Positions 56,163 to 64,000 of a stretch of 64,000 nt of DNA are shown one piece after another. The translations under genes were made by a program, and so were the position numbers. This stretch comes from a virus. A model generated the notes under the pieces. It was not told the DNA's origin and did no database searches. It saw nothing but the letters and a program-made list of their open reading frames with translations. Within the stretch, counting starts at the first letter, position 1, and each line of letters starts with the position of its first letter. The DNA is taken from positions 64,001 through 128,000 of the IMG/VR virus record IMGVR_UViG_3300032893_000004; one strand, written 5' to 3'.

Positions 56163-58069
56163 TAGTCATCGCTACCCTCTTCGGTTCCAAAATCCCATAT
56201 AACGTTCCCGTCAGCCGACCTACCTTTCAGACCAGCGCTGGTGTCGCCGCCTTCTAGTGCCTGCCTCTTCTGGGTCTGCCAGTCCTGAAAATGTTTCTCT
56301 GGAGTCGGAGTCTGAACGAAGAACTGCTCGAACGGGTTAGGCGGCCCCTTCGGAGGAGGAGTGTTGACTTTCGACACTTTGTACAGGTTCTGAGCTTGGT
56401 ATCTGACCGAATCCGCTATATCAGCGAATTCACCGTCGTCCGGATCCTTCGTCAAGTTACCGAGTGTATCGAGTTTGAAGCAGTGCTCCGCGAACATCTT
56501 AATGAACAGTTCGGTCCTGTCGTGCTTGATGACCTTCAAGAATCGGCGGTTACGGGCATTGATGATTCGCCCGCGAACGGCCGAGATGCCGCCGAATACG
56601 TCCTTAGTGAACTTCTTGCACGGCATCCGCGAGTTCTTGAATTCTTTGATGAACATCGGCTCCGACGTGTCCGCGAACCACTGCACGATTCGGTACATAT
56701 CGCGGACTTCTATCGCGAGCGCCATCATCTGAGCAAATTCCAGCCCAGGCACGGAATAAGCGTCGACGAGCCACCATTCACCGTTTGGCATCTTGGCAGA
56801 AACAGAGATCGCGAAAGCGTGCGTAGTTCCCCAATCCACGCCCGCGTAGAACCGAATACCTTTACTTAGCATGAACTGGATCAGATCCGGGAAAGTAAGA
56901 CCTTTCGGGGCCGCGTCGCCGGTGTACACTTCCCACGCTTGTTTCACGCTGTACGTATTACCGGAGCCGTCAGCGGCGTCCACGAAGCGCGGGTACACCA
57001 TGCCGGCCGAAGACGGCTTCCAGCACATCAGCTGGGCTTCGGCTAGATCTGGGTCCTTATCGAACTGCGAGATCGTAAAGTCTATAGGCTTCCATAGGCC
57101 GCCCTTGTCTTTTTCGGAGCGGTGCGCCAGGCGAGTGCGGCAGACTGGAAGAAGCGGACACTTGAGGCATCCTTCGTACGCCTCTGTACGATCGTACCCT
57201 TCCTTCTCCTTCTCGATCAGGTTGGCATATTCCACTTCCGTGATCGTACGAAGCGGCAAGTTCTTGGCAACGTACACGAAGGTTTTTGGTTTTTCAGGCA
57301 TGTGTCGCTTCGGCTCGCACTTCTCGGTGATGTCGATGATATTCCATCGAAAGACTCGGTACCCGTTCTTCTGCGCCTTCTCCATCTCGCGCGTAAACAA
57401 GCCGCCGGGGAACTTGAGGGTCGACGTCTTGATCGTAACGGGATGCTGACCGTTGAATACTCCTGGGATGTATTCCGCTTCTTTGTACGCTCGAAGCTGC
57501 TCCTTAGAGCGTATCGTATCGATCTCGTCGATTGTGAAGATGTTGGTGTGAGCTGAGTTCGCGCCGGTGACGGTGCAAACGATGATCTTCATATAAGCAT
57601 CTTTTTCTTCAGGCGTGCCAGGGTTGATCTTGAGACTGATCTCTTTGGAGTTCGAAGAGTCCAGTTCGATCTTGTGATACTCAAGATATGGTCTGATCTT
57701 GTCGATGAACATGGAAATATAATTCTGGGCCGCCGTAGCTTGCGGAACGATCGCTGCCATGTGGGCTATGGAAGCCCCGAATTGAACCATCATGATGATC
57801 GCGAATGCCGCCTCCGAAAGTGTCTTGTACGACTCCCGAGACGAGATCACGATCGTGCTGGGCGACTTGTGACCTTCGTTTGCCTCGTACATCTTGTACG
57901 TGTCGTAGAGCCAGTGAACTGGGCTGGAGTTTGAATCGGGATCGACCCAAGAATCCGGGAAATCCAGATCGAGGAAATTATGAATCCACGTCTTGGCATG
58001 TTTTGGGCTCGTGAACCGCTTTAAGAAAGTCTGAGCTAAGTGTGGATCTACCTGAGACTTAGAGTTCAT
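56162..58069 (-). CDS. terL: Terminase large subunit
   Basis: Walker A-like SSRESYKT, Walker B FTIDEID, coupling motif TST, nuclease GVDWG and C-terminal DIADSVRY. Confidence 0.88.
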   Translation of the reverse strand: MNSKSQVDPHLAQTFLKRFTSPKHAKTWIHNFLDLDFPDSWVDPDSNSSPVHWLYDTYKMYEANEGHKSPSTIVISSRESYKTLSEAAFAIIMMVQFGASIAHMAAIVPQATAAQNYISMFIDKIRPYLEYHKIELDSSNSKEISLKINPGTPEEKDAYMKIIVCTVTGANSAHTNIFTIDEIDTIRSKEQLRAYKEAEYIPGVFNGQHPVTIKTSTLKFPGGLFTREMEKAQKNGYRVFRWNIIDITEKCEPKRHMPEKPKTFVYVAKNLPLRTITEVEYANLIEKEKEGYDRTEAYEGCLKCPLLPVCRTRLAHRSEKDKGGLWKPIDFTISQFDKDPDLAEAQLMCWKPSSAGMVYPRFVDAADGSGNTYSVKQAWEVYTGDAAPKGLTFPDLIQFMLSKGIRFYAGVDWGTTHAFAISVSAKMPNGEWWLVDAYSVPGLEFAQMMALAIEVRDMYRIVQWFADTSEPMFIKEFKNSRMPCKKFTKDVFGGISAVRGRIINARNRRFLKVIKHDRTELFIKMFAEHCFKLDTLGNLTKDPDDGEFADIADSVRYQAQNLYKVSKVNTPPPKGPPNPFEQFFVQTPTPEKHFQDWQTQKRQALEGGDTSAGLKGRSADGNVIWDFGTEEGSDD

Positions 58070-58517
58070 CTGACGGCAGACTGACGCCCGCTGCGGCGCG
58101 TTCTTTGCGCGTCATTCTTCGCAGCCGAGCGTTCAGAAGGTCTTCCTCTGTGAGAGTCTTGAGAGTGACGTTCGGGCCGGTCAGTAGTATGATCGACTGC
58201 CCTTTGCCGTGGCTGGCATAATAATCGCGGATCTGCGTAAAAACAGCCTGCCGGAGCATTCGCTCGTCAGCCACAGTTATCCAGATTATCTCGCCGAGCG
58301 AGTCGAGATCGATAGCCGACAGCTGAGACCGAACATCGAGCGCCGTACCGCGATCGTGCTTTGATACCTGGGCCTCCAGTTTGGCCTTGTCGGTTCTTAG
58401 AAACGTGATCTCGCGCTGAGCGCGCGTCATCGCATCCACGAACTCGCTGCGCATTCCGAACAGCCAGACGAGAAGATTGTACAAGCGATAGAACAGCTTA
58501 TTTTTTAGCTTCCGCAT
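58059..58517 (-). CDS. Hypothetical protein
   Basis: Likely start MRKLKNK at 58517. Confidence 0.5.
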   Translation of the reverse strand: MRKLKNKLFYRLYNLLVWLFGMRSEFVDAMTRAQREITFLRTDKAKLEAQVSKHDRGTALDVRSQLSAIDLDSLGEIIWITVADERMLRQAVFTQIRDYYASHGKGQSIILLTGPNVTLKTLTEEDLLNARLRRMTRKERAAAGVSLPSDEL

Positions 58518-59151
58518 TCTTCTTCCTTTTGGCATCGGACAGGATTTCCAAGATCTTGCCAGCGTCTTCGTCTGAGAGATCGTTCGAAGGTCCGACTCCG
58601 GTGAGACTGACATTGAGATTTTGCGTGTTTTCAGTTTTCACTTTCGAAACACGATCCTGGCCGGTGATCTTCAGAAGACCTTCGGCCACCTTCATGAGAC
58701 TCTGAAGAGACTCGATGTTCAATGCGCCGTCCAAATCTTTTTCGTTGCCCGTCTGAATGAATTTCTTCAGTTTATCTGAATGCTGTTTATTGGCAGCTAC
58801 GAGCATGTCAGACATCAGCTCCGTCGTCGCTACCTGGGCTCGCATGACCGTATCTCGCAGCTTGCTCTGCCTCTCCAACGCGTCCGCATCGCGAGCTGCC
58901 GTCCACTTATATCGAATTTGGGCATCTAGGATGCCGCCTAGAGGAAACGCACTGTTTAAACGATGGATCTCGTGGGCGTCGGACCCGTTCAGAAACAGCT
59001 CGAACATGTTCGTGGAAGTTACCGGCGACAGCGGGCGACCGCCGCCAGCGATGTAAGCTCTGAGGATCTCTTGATCGTCTAGCGATAGATCCGCCTTCGC
59101 AAGCTGGACATAATCGTCCGGGCGATATAGTTGTAGGCCTTTTTCTTCCAC
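58498..59151 (-). CDS. Possible terminase small subunit
   Basis: HTH-like N-terminus, helical oligomerisation-like region and a K.E...N.N tail, upstream of TerL; likely GTG start at 59151. Confidence 0.4.
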   Translation of the reverse strand: MEEKGLQLYRPDDYVQLAKADLSLDDQEILRAYIAGGGRPLSPVTSTNMFELFLNGSDAHEIHRLNSAFPLGGILDAQIRYKWTAARDADALERQSKLRDTVMRAQVATTELMSDMLVAANKQHSDKLKKFIQTGNEKDLDGALNIESLQSLMKVAEGLLKITGQDRVSKVKTENTQNLNVSLTGVGPSNDLSDEDAGKILEILSDAKRKKNAEAKK

Positions 59152-59173
59152 ACCTACATTATACCGGAATTCG

Positions 59174-59515
59174 TCAATTGGCCGTGTCAAAGACCTTTTT
59201 GCCGTTGATTTCGACGATAACACGAGTATCGTTCCAGAGAATGTTTCGAACCCATTCGGCTATATTCCGGTACAGAAGCTTAGTGCGCTTCGCGTTGCTG
59301 ACTTTCCGAGCTTCGCAGACGAACGTTACCATCTGCAGATCCGTGTCGACCCTAGCCTCCGCTTTGGTAACATTTGGTATCAGCATCGGCCATGATTTAA
59401 GCTGGAGAGCCTGCGCCTCGTGGATCACGCCGGTGCGGATCGTCATACCTTTCAGCAGTTGCAACTGTTCCGATATCGTAGCTGTCACTGTGTCCCACTC
59501 CTTAGCGACGGACAT
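59174..59515 (-). CDS. Hypothetical protein
   Basis: ORF within the operon. Confidence 0.5.
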   Translation of the reverse strand: MSVAKEWDTVTATISEQLQLLKGMTIRTGVIHEAQALQLKSWPMLIPNVTKAEARVDTDLQMVTFVCEARKVSNAKRTKLLYRNIAEWVRNILWNDTRVIVEINGKKVFDTAN

Positions 59516-60540
59516 CTCGCTAGAACACGGTCCAGTATCGCTTTTCTAACGTGATCTGGTGTACCGGCCTTCTCGAAGTAATTGGCCGAGAACTTCGCAA
59601 AAGTCTTCGGAATTCCTTCAGATTCCTTAACGGTTACAGTCCGATCGATGTCAGTGTACGTCGAGTGGCGGCGGCAAAGCGACGGTAGCAGACGATCTAT
59701 CCTCTTGGCAAAATTGCGGCTACCCTTGATCTCAACATAAACCTTCGTGGAATCCGGTATAGTCTCGATGATCTTCTCGTCGAACGACGCGGACTCTTCG
59801 AGAAGTATCGACTGGAACGGTTCGAATACGTCAACAGGTGTCGGAGTAAATTTGGTCTCACCAGAAACGAGGTTGATCGAATAAACACCTTTCGTTTCGC
59901 CGATGTCTGACTTTGTTAGATGTCGAGGAGTGCCGATGCACCATACGTTTCCGAACTGCTGCTCCTTGTGAATGTGACCGGTTATGAACGACAAGTCTTT
60001 CGGATACCTATCCAACTTGAAGCCGTTCGGGGCATAGGTCCCGGATTCGTACTGCGACCCCTCAAACTCAGCGTGGCAAAATATCGTCCGCGCCCCCTCG
60101 CCGTACGCCTTCATCGCGGCTGCACGGAACGCTTCCTCATCACGTATGAAACCGATCGCGGCGGCGTTCTCGGACAAGAACACCGGATCCCGTCCAGCTA
60201 AGACGGTTCTCTCGTCGTAAACCGACATGGTGGAAGCCGATTCTTCCTGATTCAGATCATGGTTTCCTATCAGAGAAAGCGTGAGGATATTACTGCGATG
60301 TTTGCGAAGTTCGTCGTAGGCCCATTTCCAAAATTCCAGAACCTCTGCGCGAGCGATGCCGAAATCGTTGAGCTGATCTCCCATGAACACGATCAAGACC
60401 GGTCCGATCTCGATAAAGCGATATGCAGTCTGAATAAGAAATTCTATAAATTTTCGCGCTTCGGGGATATCCTGCTTGCGGATATGCATGTCTCCGACAG
60501 GTATAACAACAGCTGCCGCTTGTTCAATCTTAGCCGGCAT
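59485..60540 (-). CDS. Mre11/SbcD-like metallophosphoesterase nuclease
   Basis: GDMH, GD, GNHD, CH and GHIH motifs. Confidence 0.85.
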   Translation of the reverse strand: MPAKIEQAAAVVIPVGDMHIRKQDIPEARKFIEFLIQTAYRFIEIGPVLIVFMGDQLNDFGIARAEVLEFWKWAYDELRKHRSNILTLSLIGNHDLNQEESASTMSVYDERTVLAGRDPVFLSENAAAIGFIRDEEAFRAAAMKAYGEGARTIFCHAEFEGSQYESGTYAPNGFKLDRYPKDLSFITGHIHKEQQFGNVWCIGTPRHLTKSDIGETKGVYSINLVSGETKFTPTPVDVFEPFQSILLEESASFDEKIIETIPDSTKVYVEIKGSRNFAKRIDRLLPSLCRRHSTYTDIDRTVTVKESEGIPKTFAKFSANYFEKAGTPDHVRKAILDRVLARCPSLRSGTQ

Positions 60541-60841
60541 TTCCGCTCTCCAAGGTACGGTACCCTATAACAGCATCCTCCGGGCAGAGCACGAAGGCAG
60601 TCCCGTCTGATAGCCGCAATTCGTTTGCAGCCCATTTGGCAAGGCCGGCGTCGCCGCGTAACAGAACTGAGTCGCCGGCTCGCAGCTCGACTCCTTGCAA
60701 GTTGTAGTTCATGACCAGAACGGACTCCGTCACCGCAATCCGCTGAGTAATGCGAGCCATGCCGCCGATAACTTCGGCTTCGATCTTCTTGAACTCCGGC
60801 TTAACGATAGCCAGTTCACCCTTCTTTGTTCCGAGTGCCAT
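60530..60841 (-). CDS. Divergent GroES/Cpn10-like co-chaperonin
   Basis: 103 aa with the Cpn10 pattern G..(A)IVK....E....GG...; LRAGDSVL; G..FVL.PEDAVIG. Confidence 0.55.
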   Translation of the reverse strand: MALGTKKGELAIVKPEFKKIEAEVIGGMARITQRIAVTESVLVMNYNLQGVELRAGDSVLLRGDAGLAKWAANELRLSDGTAFVLCPEDAVIGYRTLESGNAG

Positions 60842-60849
60842 ACAGCCTC

Positions 60850-61941
60850 CTACTCGAATATACCGTATATCTCGCCGGTCTTCATCAACAAAACTTTCTT
60901 TTCGATAACCCTCAGCTTGTTCAGCTGAATCAGCAGCTGACTTCCAACTTCTTTGCGCTCTACGTGATCTTCCATAGAAGCTGGATCAGCGATCGTCTCC
61001 GACATAGGCCGGGAATACTCATCCTTGGCGTCGATAGAAACGACCTGATTAGCAGCAGCCTCGATCATCTCGATCTCCGAAGAAGTCGTACCCCCGAAGC
61101 TTTCAGCAACGAACGACTGCAAGTCCTCGTTCGAGATGTCGACGTTCTTCTGCTTAGCCTTCCGGGCGCGGTACAGGATGCGCTTATCCTTGGGCGGCAG
61201 CTTAACCAAAGTCGACGAAGCATCGTCATACATGTTCAAGCCGATCCTGCCGATCGCGACCGATCTGAAGACGGTCTTATACGGCGGCACGAAGTTATCG
61301 ATCGCTTCCAGCAATCCTTTACTGGCATCTTGAACCAGATCCATGTACTGAGCGTGCGATGGCGGTATCTTGGAGAAGAAGAGGGCCGTCCGATTCAAGG
61401 CGAGCGGTAGGTTGTTCTCGCACAGAAGGTGGCGTATCTCGACCATCTTGTCGTGCAAGAGGGACAGCTTACGCTTGTTCGGACCGCGATATCGCGAGAC
61501 TTCCTCGTGATCCTTCGACAGCACCCATTGGACGAACAGATAGTTGATGCGAAATCGATGGAGACGTTTGGATTCTTTCTCGCCGGTCTTCTTTTTCTCC
61601 TGGGCCTCCGCGAAATCATCCAAGATAGGAAATACTTTGTTGGAAAACGTGTCCTGCCGCTCACGAAAATACGGACGTATCGAAAGCTTGTTTCCTTTGC
61701 CACCTTCAGATTTGTCCCCCAGGATGAATTCTATGAACCGCCTGTACGTCTGGAATCCGTGCTCATTCAGAAGCAAGAGAGTTTTGAACTGCCGTTCTAG
61801 TTTGAACAGTTCGTTGAGAAGTGATCTCTGCGACTGTCCGTTCGATTCGTCGTTTTCTCGCAGAACCAAGTTCATCTCGTGGCGGAACTGATTGTACAGA
61901 TCTCTTTTAACGGTTGGCTCGGGCGGCTTGGCATCGCTCAT
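60850..61941 (-). CDS. Phage sigma-70-family RNA polymerase sigma factor, truncated in region 4
   Basis: Region 2 ENNLPLAL...YMDLVQDASKGLLEAIDNF...FRSVA; VVSID; ends shortly after LNKLRVIEKKVLLMKTG (region 4.1). Confidence 0.75.
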   Translation of the reverse strand: MSDAKPPEPTVKRDLYNQFRHEMNLVLRENDESNGQSQRSLLNELFKLERQFKTLLLLNEHGFQTYRRFIEFILGDKSEGGKGNKLSIRPYFRERQDTFSNKVFPILDDFAEAQEKKKTGEKESKRLHRFRINYLFVQWVLSKDHEEVSRYRGPNKRKLSLLHDKMVEIRHLLCENNLPLALNRTALFFSKIPPSHAQYMDLVQDASKGLLEAIDNFVPPYKTVFRSVAIGRIGLNMYDDASSTLVKLPPKDKRILYRARKAKQKNVDISNEDLQSFVAESFGGTTSSEIEMIEAAANQVVSIDAKDEYSRPMSETIADPASMEDHVERKEVGSQLLIQLNKLRVIEKKVLLMKTGEIYGIFE

Positions 61942-63434
61942 GCGTTGATCTCCTGAACATCGCCCATAGTTCGGTATATTTCGCAGCGAGTATCTGCGTG
62001 GCGCTCCATAGCCGACGAGCCGACGACTCTGAAGTCAACTACGATCAGATCTTTCTTCTTGTCGGTTACGCGAGTCCCACGGCCGATTGCTTGCTTAGTG
62101 GCAACTTCCGACAAACCGCCTTGCAAATTCACGAGACAACCGGTCGGCTTGGTATCCACACCGGTCGAGATGGCCTTCGTTCCGACTAGCAGCTGCGTGT
62201 CACCGCGATTGAAGCGATCGACGGCTCCTTCGACATCAGATTCCCAGAACTCTTTCGGAAGGATATCTCGAACTTTCGTGCCCTTCTTATCCTCGCCGTT
62301 CGCGCCGCCGTGACAAAATTCGAACGGAATCGAACCGAGATACGGCCTTATCGCTGCGAATTGAACGAACTCGTCCAGGAGAATTATCGTTGGCCGCGAG
62401 GCTAGGCGGATTGCTTTTTCTGCGAACTCGGCCGCCAATCGGTTGACGTTTGGATTCAGGTACAACTGCTCTCGCTGCTCGCGGGCGATGTCGCGGTTGT
62501 TAGCGAGACCGTGCGACGGGACGTTGAACACCTTGAAGTACGGTCTAGCCAAGAAACCTTCCTCGACCAGCTCTTTGAACTCTTTGCGGTAGACGATCGG
62601 CCCGATAATTCCTCGCAGCTTCATGTCCTGGCCGTCGTGGCGCATCTGGGTAGCCGAAACGTGGAATCGGTACGGAACATTCCTCAACAGACCAAGTTCC
62701 ACCGCGTCGAATGTGTTAGCCGGAGTAGTGTGCGATTCGTCCCACACGAACTGCTGGCAAGCCGAAAAGAATTCCCACTCCTCCGAACCTTCCTCTACGC
62801 GCATCAGCGCCTGGGCGGTACACACCGTAAACAGTTTGCCGATGTCGTGCCGGCCGTCGCCGTACTTGCCAACGAGCTTGGTGCCAAAAAGCCACGCCAT
62901 CTCGCGGTACAGCTGATTGGTCACATTCTTCGAAGGGGTGATCACGGTTGTCTGGACCGGATTACGCTTGCACACCTCCTCGATGATGCGGGATTTACCG
63001 GAACCGGTAGGAAGCTCGATGGCCACCGGTCCTTGATGAGCATTGTTCAAGAGAGCTTCGGTAGCATCGTTCTGATAGTACCGTATCTCGTGTTCCGGCG
63101 GGTGCGCCCAAGGAATCATGTGGCGCGGCGGTTCGCAGTGGAACTCTTTCGGTTGTAGCTGCCACCCAAATTCTTCTCTAAGCTCAGACCATAGCCCAGA
63201 ATACGTGTACGGACCAGAAGCATCGTACTTCAAGAGGGTCTTGTGGACGGAAGCCTTCAATTCGTCCATCCTGGCTTGGAACGCTTCCGGATCATTTCTC
63301 TTCCAGTGATATTTTTTAGACAACTCCTTGATCTGATATTGAATCGCAGAATCTGTGTAAGTAAGGAATTTCCTGACCTTATCCGAGTCTTCGGGGAGCC
63401 GAACTGTCGATGGTGTGGTCAAAATCATATCCAT
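61938..63434 (-). CDS. Superfamily 2 helicase (UvsW/RadD-like)
   Basis: RYYQ, LPTGSGKS, DESH, SAT, STGVD, QAIGRGTR. Confidence 0.9.
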   Translation of the reverse strand: MDMILTTPSTVRLPEDSDKVRKFLTYTDSAIQYQIKELSKKYHWKRNDPEAFQARMDELKASVHKTLLKYDASGPYTYSGLWSELREEFGWQLQPKEFHCEPPRHMIPWAHPPEHEIRYYQNDATEALLNNAHQGPVAIELPTGSGKSRIIEEVCKRNPVQTTVITPSKNVTNQLYREMAWLFGTKLVGKYGDGRHDIGKLFTVCTAQALMRVEEGSEEWEFFSACQQFVWDESHTTPANTFDAVELGLLRNVPYRFHVSATQMRHDGQDMKLRGIIGPIVYRKEFKELVEEGFLARPYFKVFNVPSHGLANNRDIAREQREQLYLNPNVNRLAAEFAEKAIRLASRPTIILLDEFVQFAAIRPYLGSIPFEFCHGGANGEDKKGTKVRDILPKEFWESDVEGAVDRFNRGDTQLLVGTKAISTGVDTKPTGCLVNLQGGLSEVATKQAIGRGTRVTDKKKDLIVVDFRVVGSSAMERHADTRCEIYRTMGDVQEINA

Positions 63435-63450
63435 AACGCATTATACCCAA

Positions 63451-64000
63451 TTACCAGTTCGTTAGACGAAGCTGGCCGTGAACAAACTCGAAGGTAGCTA
63501 TCTTCCCAACATTATCTCCGTGTCTAGAAAGGTGACAGTGAACTTCTGTAATCGGAGCAGCGTCTGTCGGACCGCCGTGACCGCGCCTTATCTCCAGTCC
63601 AACATGAACGTGATTTGCGAGCCACATATCGCCTTGTATCCGCTGAGAAAACGGCATATCGCTGTCCGGCGGCTGAGGCTTCAGCTGAGCGAACACTATC
63701 AGCGGTATCGATAGATCGATGGCGTAGCTCTTTAACCACAGTCCGAACTCTTTGGCGACGCCGACCGGCGCGAGCGCCTTGTTGCGCCGAGAATTTGACA
63801 CGATCTGGTAGTAGTCGAGCATGATCGCCGAGTACAACCCGCTTTCCTTCGCTTCGAGAAGAAGATCCTGGACGGTTTCCATGTTGGTCACGTCGTAGTC
63901 AGGCACGGACGCGACCGTTACCCGAGTAGCGACCCAGGCCATGGTCTGCTCTACCTCGGCCAGCTTAACCGGATCGATCTTCTGCGGGAACATGAGGTAG
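63451..64000 (-). CDS. DnaB-like replicative helicase, C-terminal part (5' end probably outside the window)
   Basis: IMLDYYQ (Walker B), LK.YA..L.IPLIVFAQL, SRHG; the frame stays open to the window edge. Confidence 0.65.
   Translation of the reverse strand, partial: YLMFPQKIDPVKLAEVEQTMAWVATRVTVASVPDYDVTNMETVQDLLLEAKESGLYSAIMLDYYQIVSNSRRNKALAPVGVAKEFGLWLKSYAIDLSIPLIVFAQLKPQPPDSDMPFSQRIQGDMWLANHVHVGLEIRRGHGGPTDAAPITEVHCHLSRHGDNVGKIATFEFVHGQLRLTNW

Noticed and set aside
1-64000. CRISPR array
   Set aside because: No regularly spaced repeat-spacer pattern seen; the repeats are in coding sequence or are dispersed single motifs.
1-64000. Stop-codon reassignment
   Set aside because: Genes are full length and tightly packed in code 11, with TAA, TAG and TGA all used as stops.

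Overview
This 64 kb window is part of a large contractile-tailed (myovirus-type) dsDNA phage or prophage genome with SPO1/Twort-like virion genes; the host cannot be determined from the sequence. Most genes are on the minus strand. Read right to left they are: a replication/transcription block (partial DnaB-like helicase, SF2 helicase, sigma-70-like factor truncated in region 4, GroES-like protein, Mre11/SbcD-like nuclease); packaging and head genes (TerL, portal, MuF-like protein, GIY-YIG endonuclease, prohead protease fused to a kinase-like domain, a 2191-aa repeat protein, scaffold, major capsid); an early/middle accessory block (CYTH, DNA ligase, DEDDh exonuclease, DUF932, HExxH peptidase, ClpP); neck genes interleaved with multi-domain 'cargo' genes; sheath and tube; a small plus-strand operon (UDG-like, Rrf2-like); and tail fibre/adhesin genes. 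Three candidate novel systems stand out. (1) A set of probable head-packaged polyproteins whose domains (NUDIX, GNAT, VTC, degenerate 2H phosphoesterase, degenerate mCpol, GP88-like, two PI3K/HipA-like kinases, a lysozyme-like domain) are bounded by hydrophobic-x-K motifs like the predicted capsid maturation site, with the protease itself carrying a copy of the capsid N-terminus. (2) A promoter-driven cloverleaf RNA (6571-6668) whose anticodon-position loop resembles the 16S rRNA anti-Shine-Dalgarno tail. (3) A repeated (AG)CCTAATCT motif, probably a -10-only late promoter, with several apparently leaderless genes. All protein family calls come from motif recognition by eye, not database searches.
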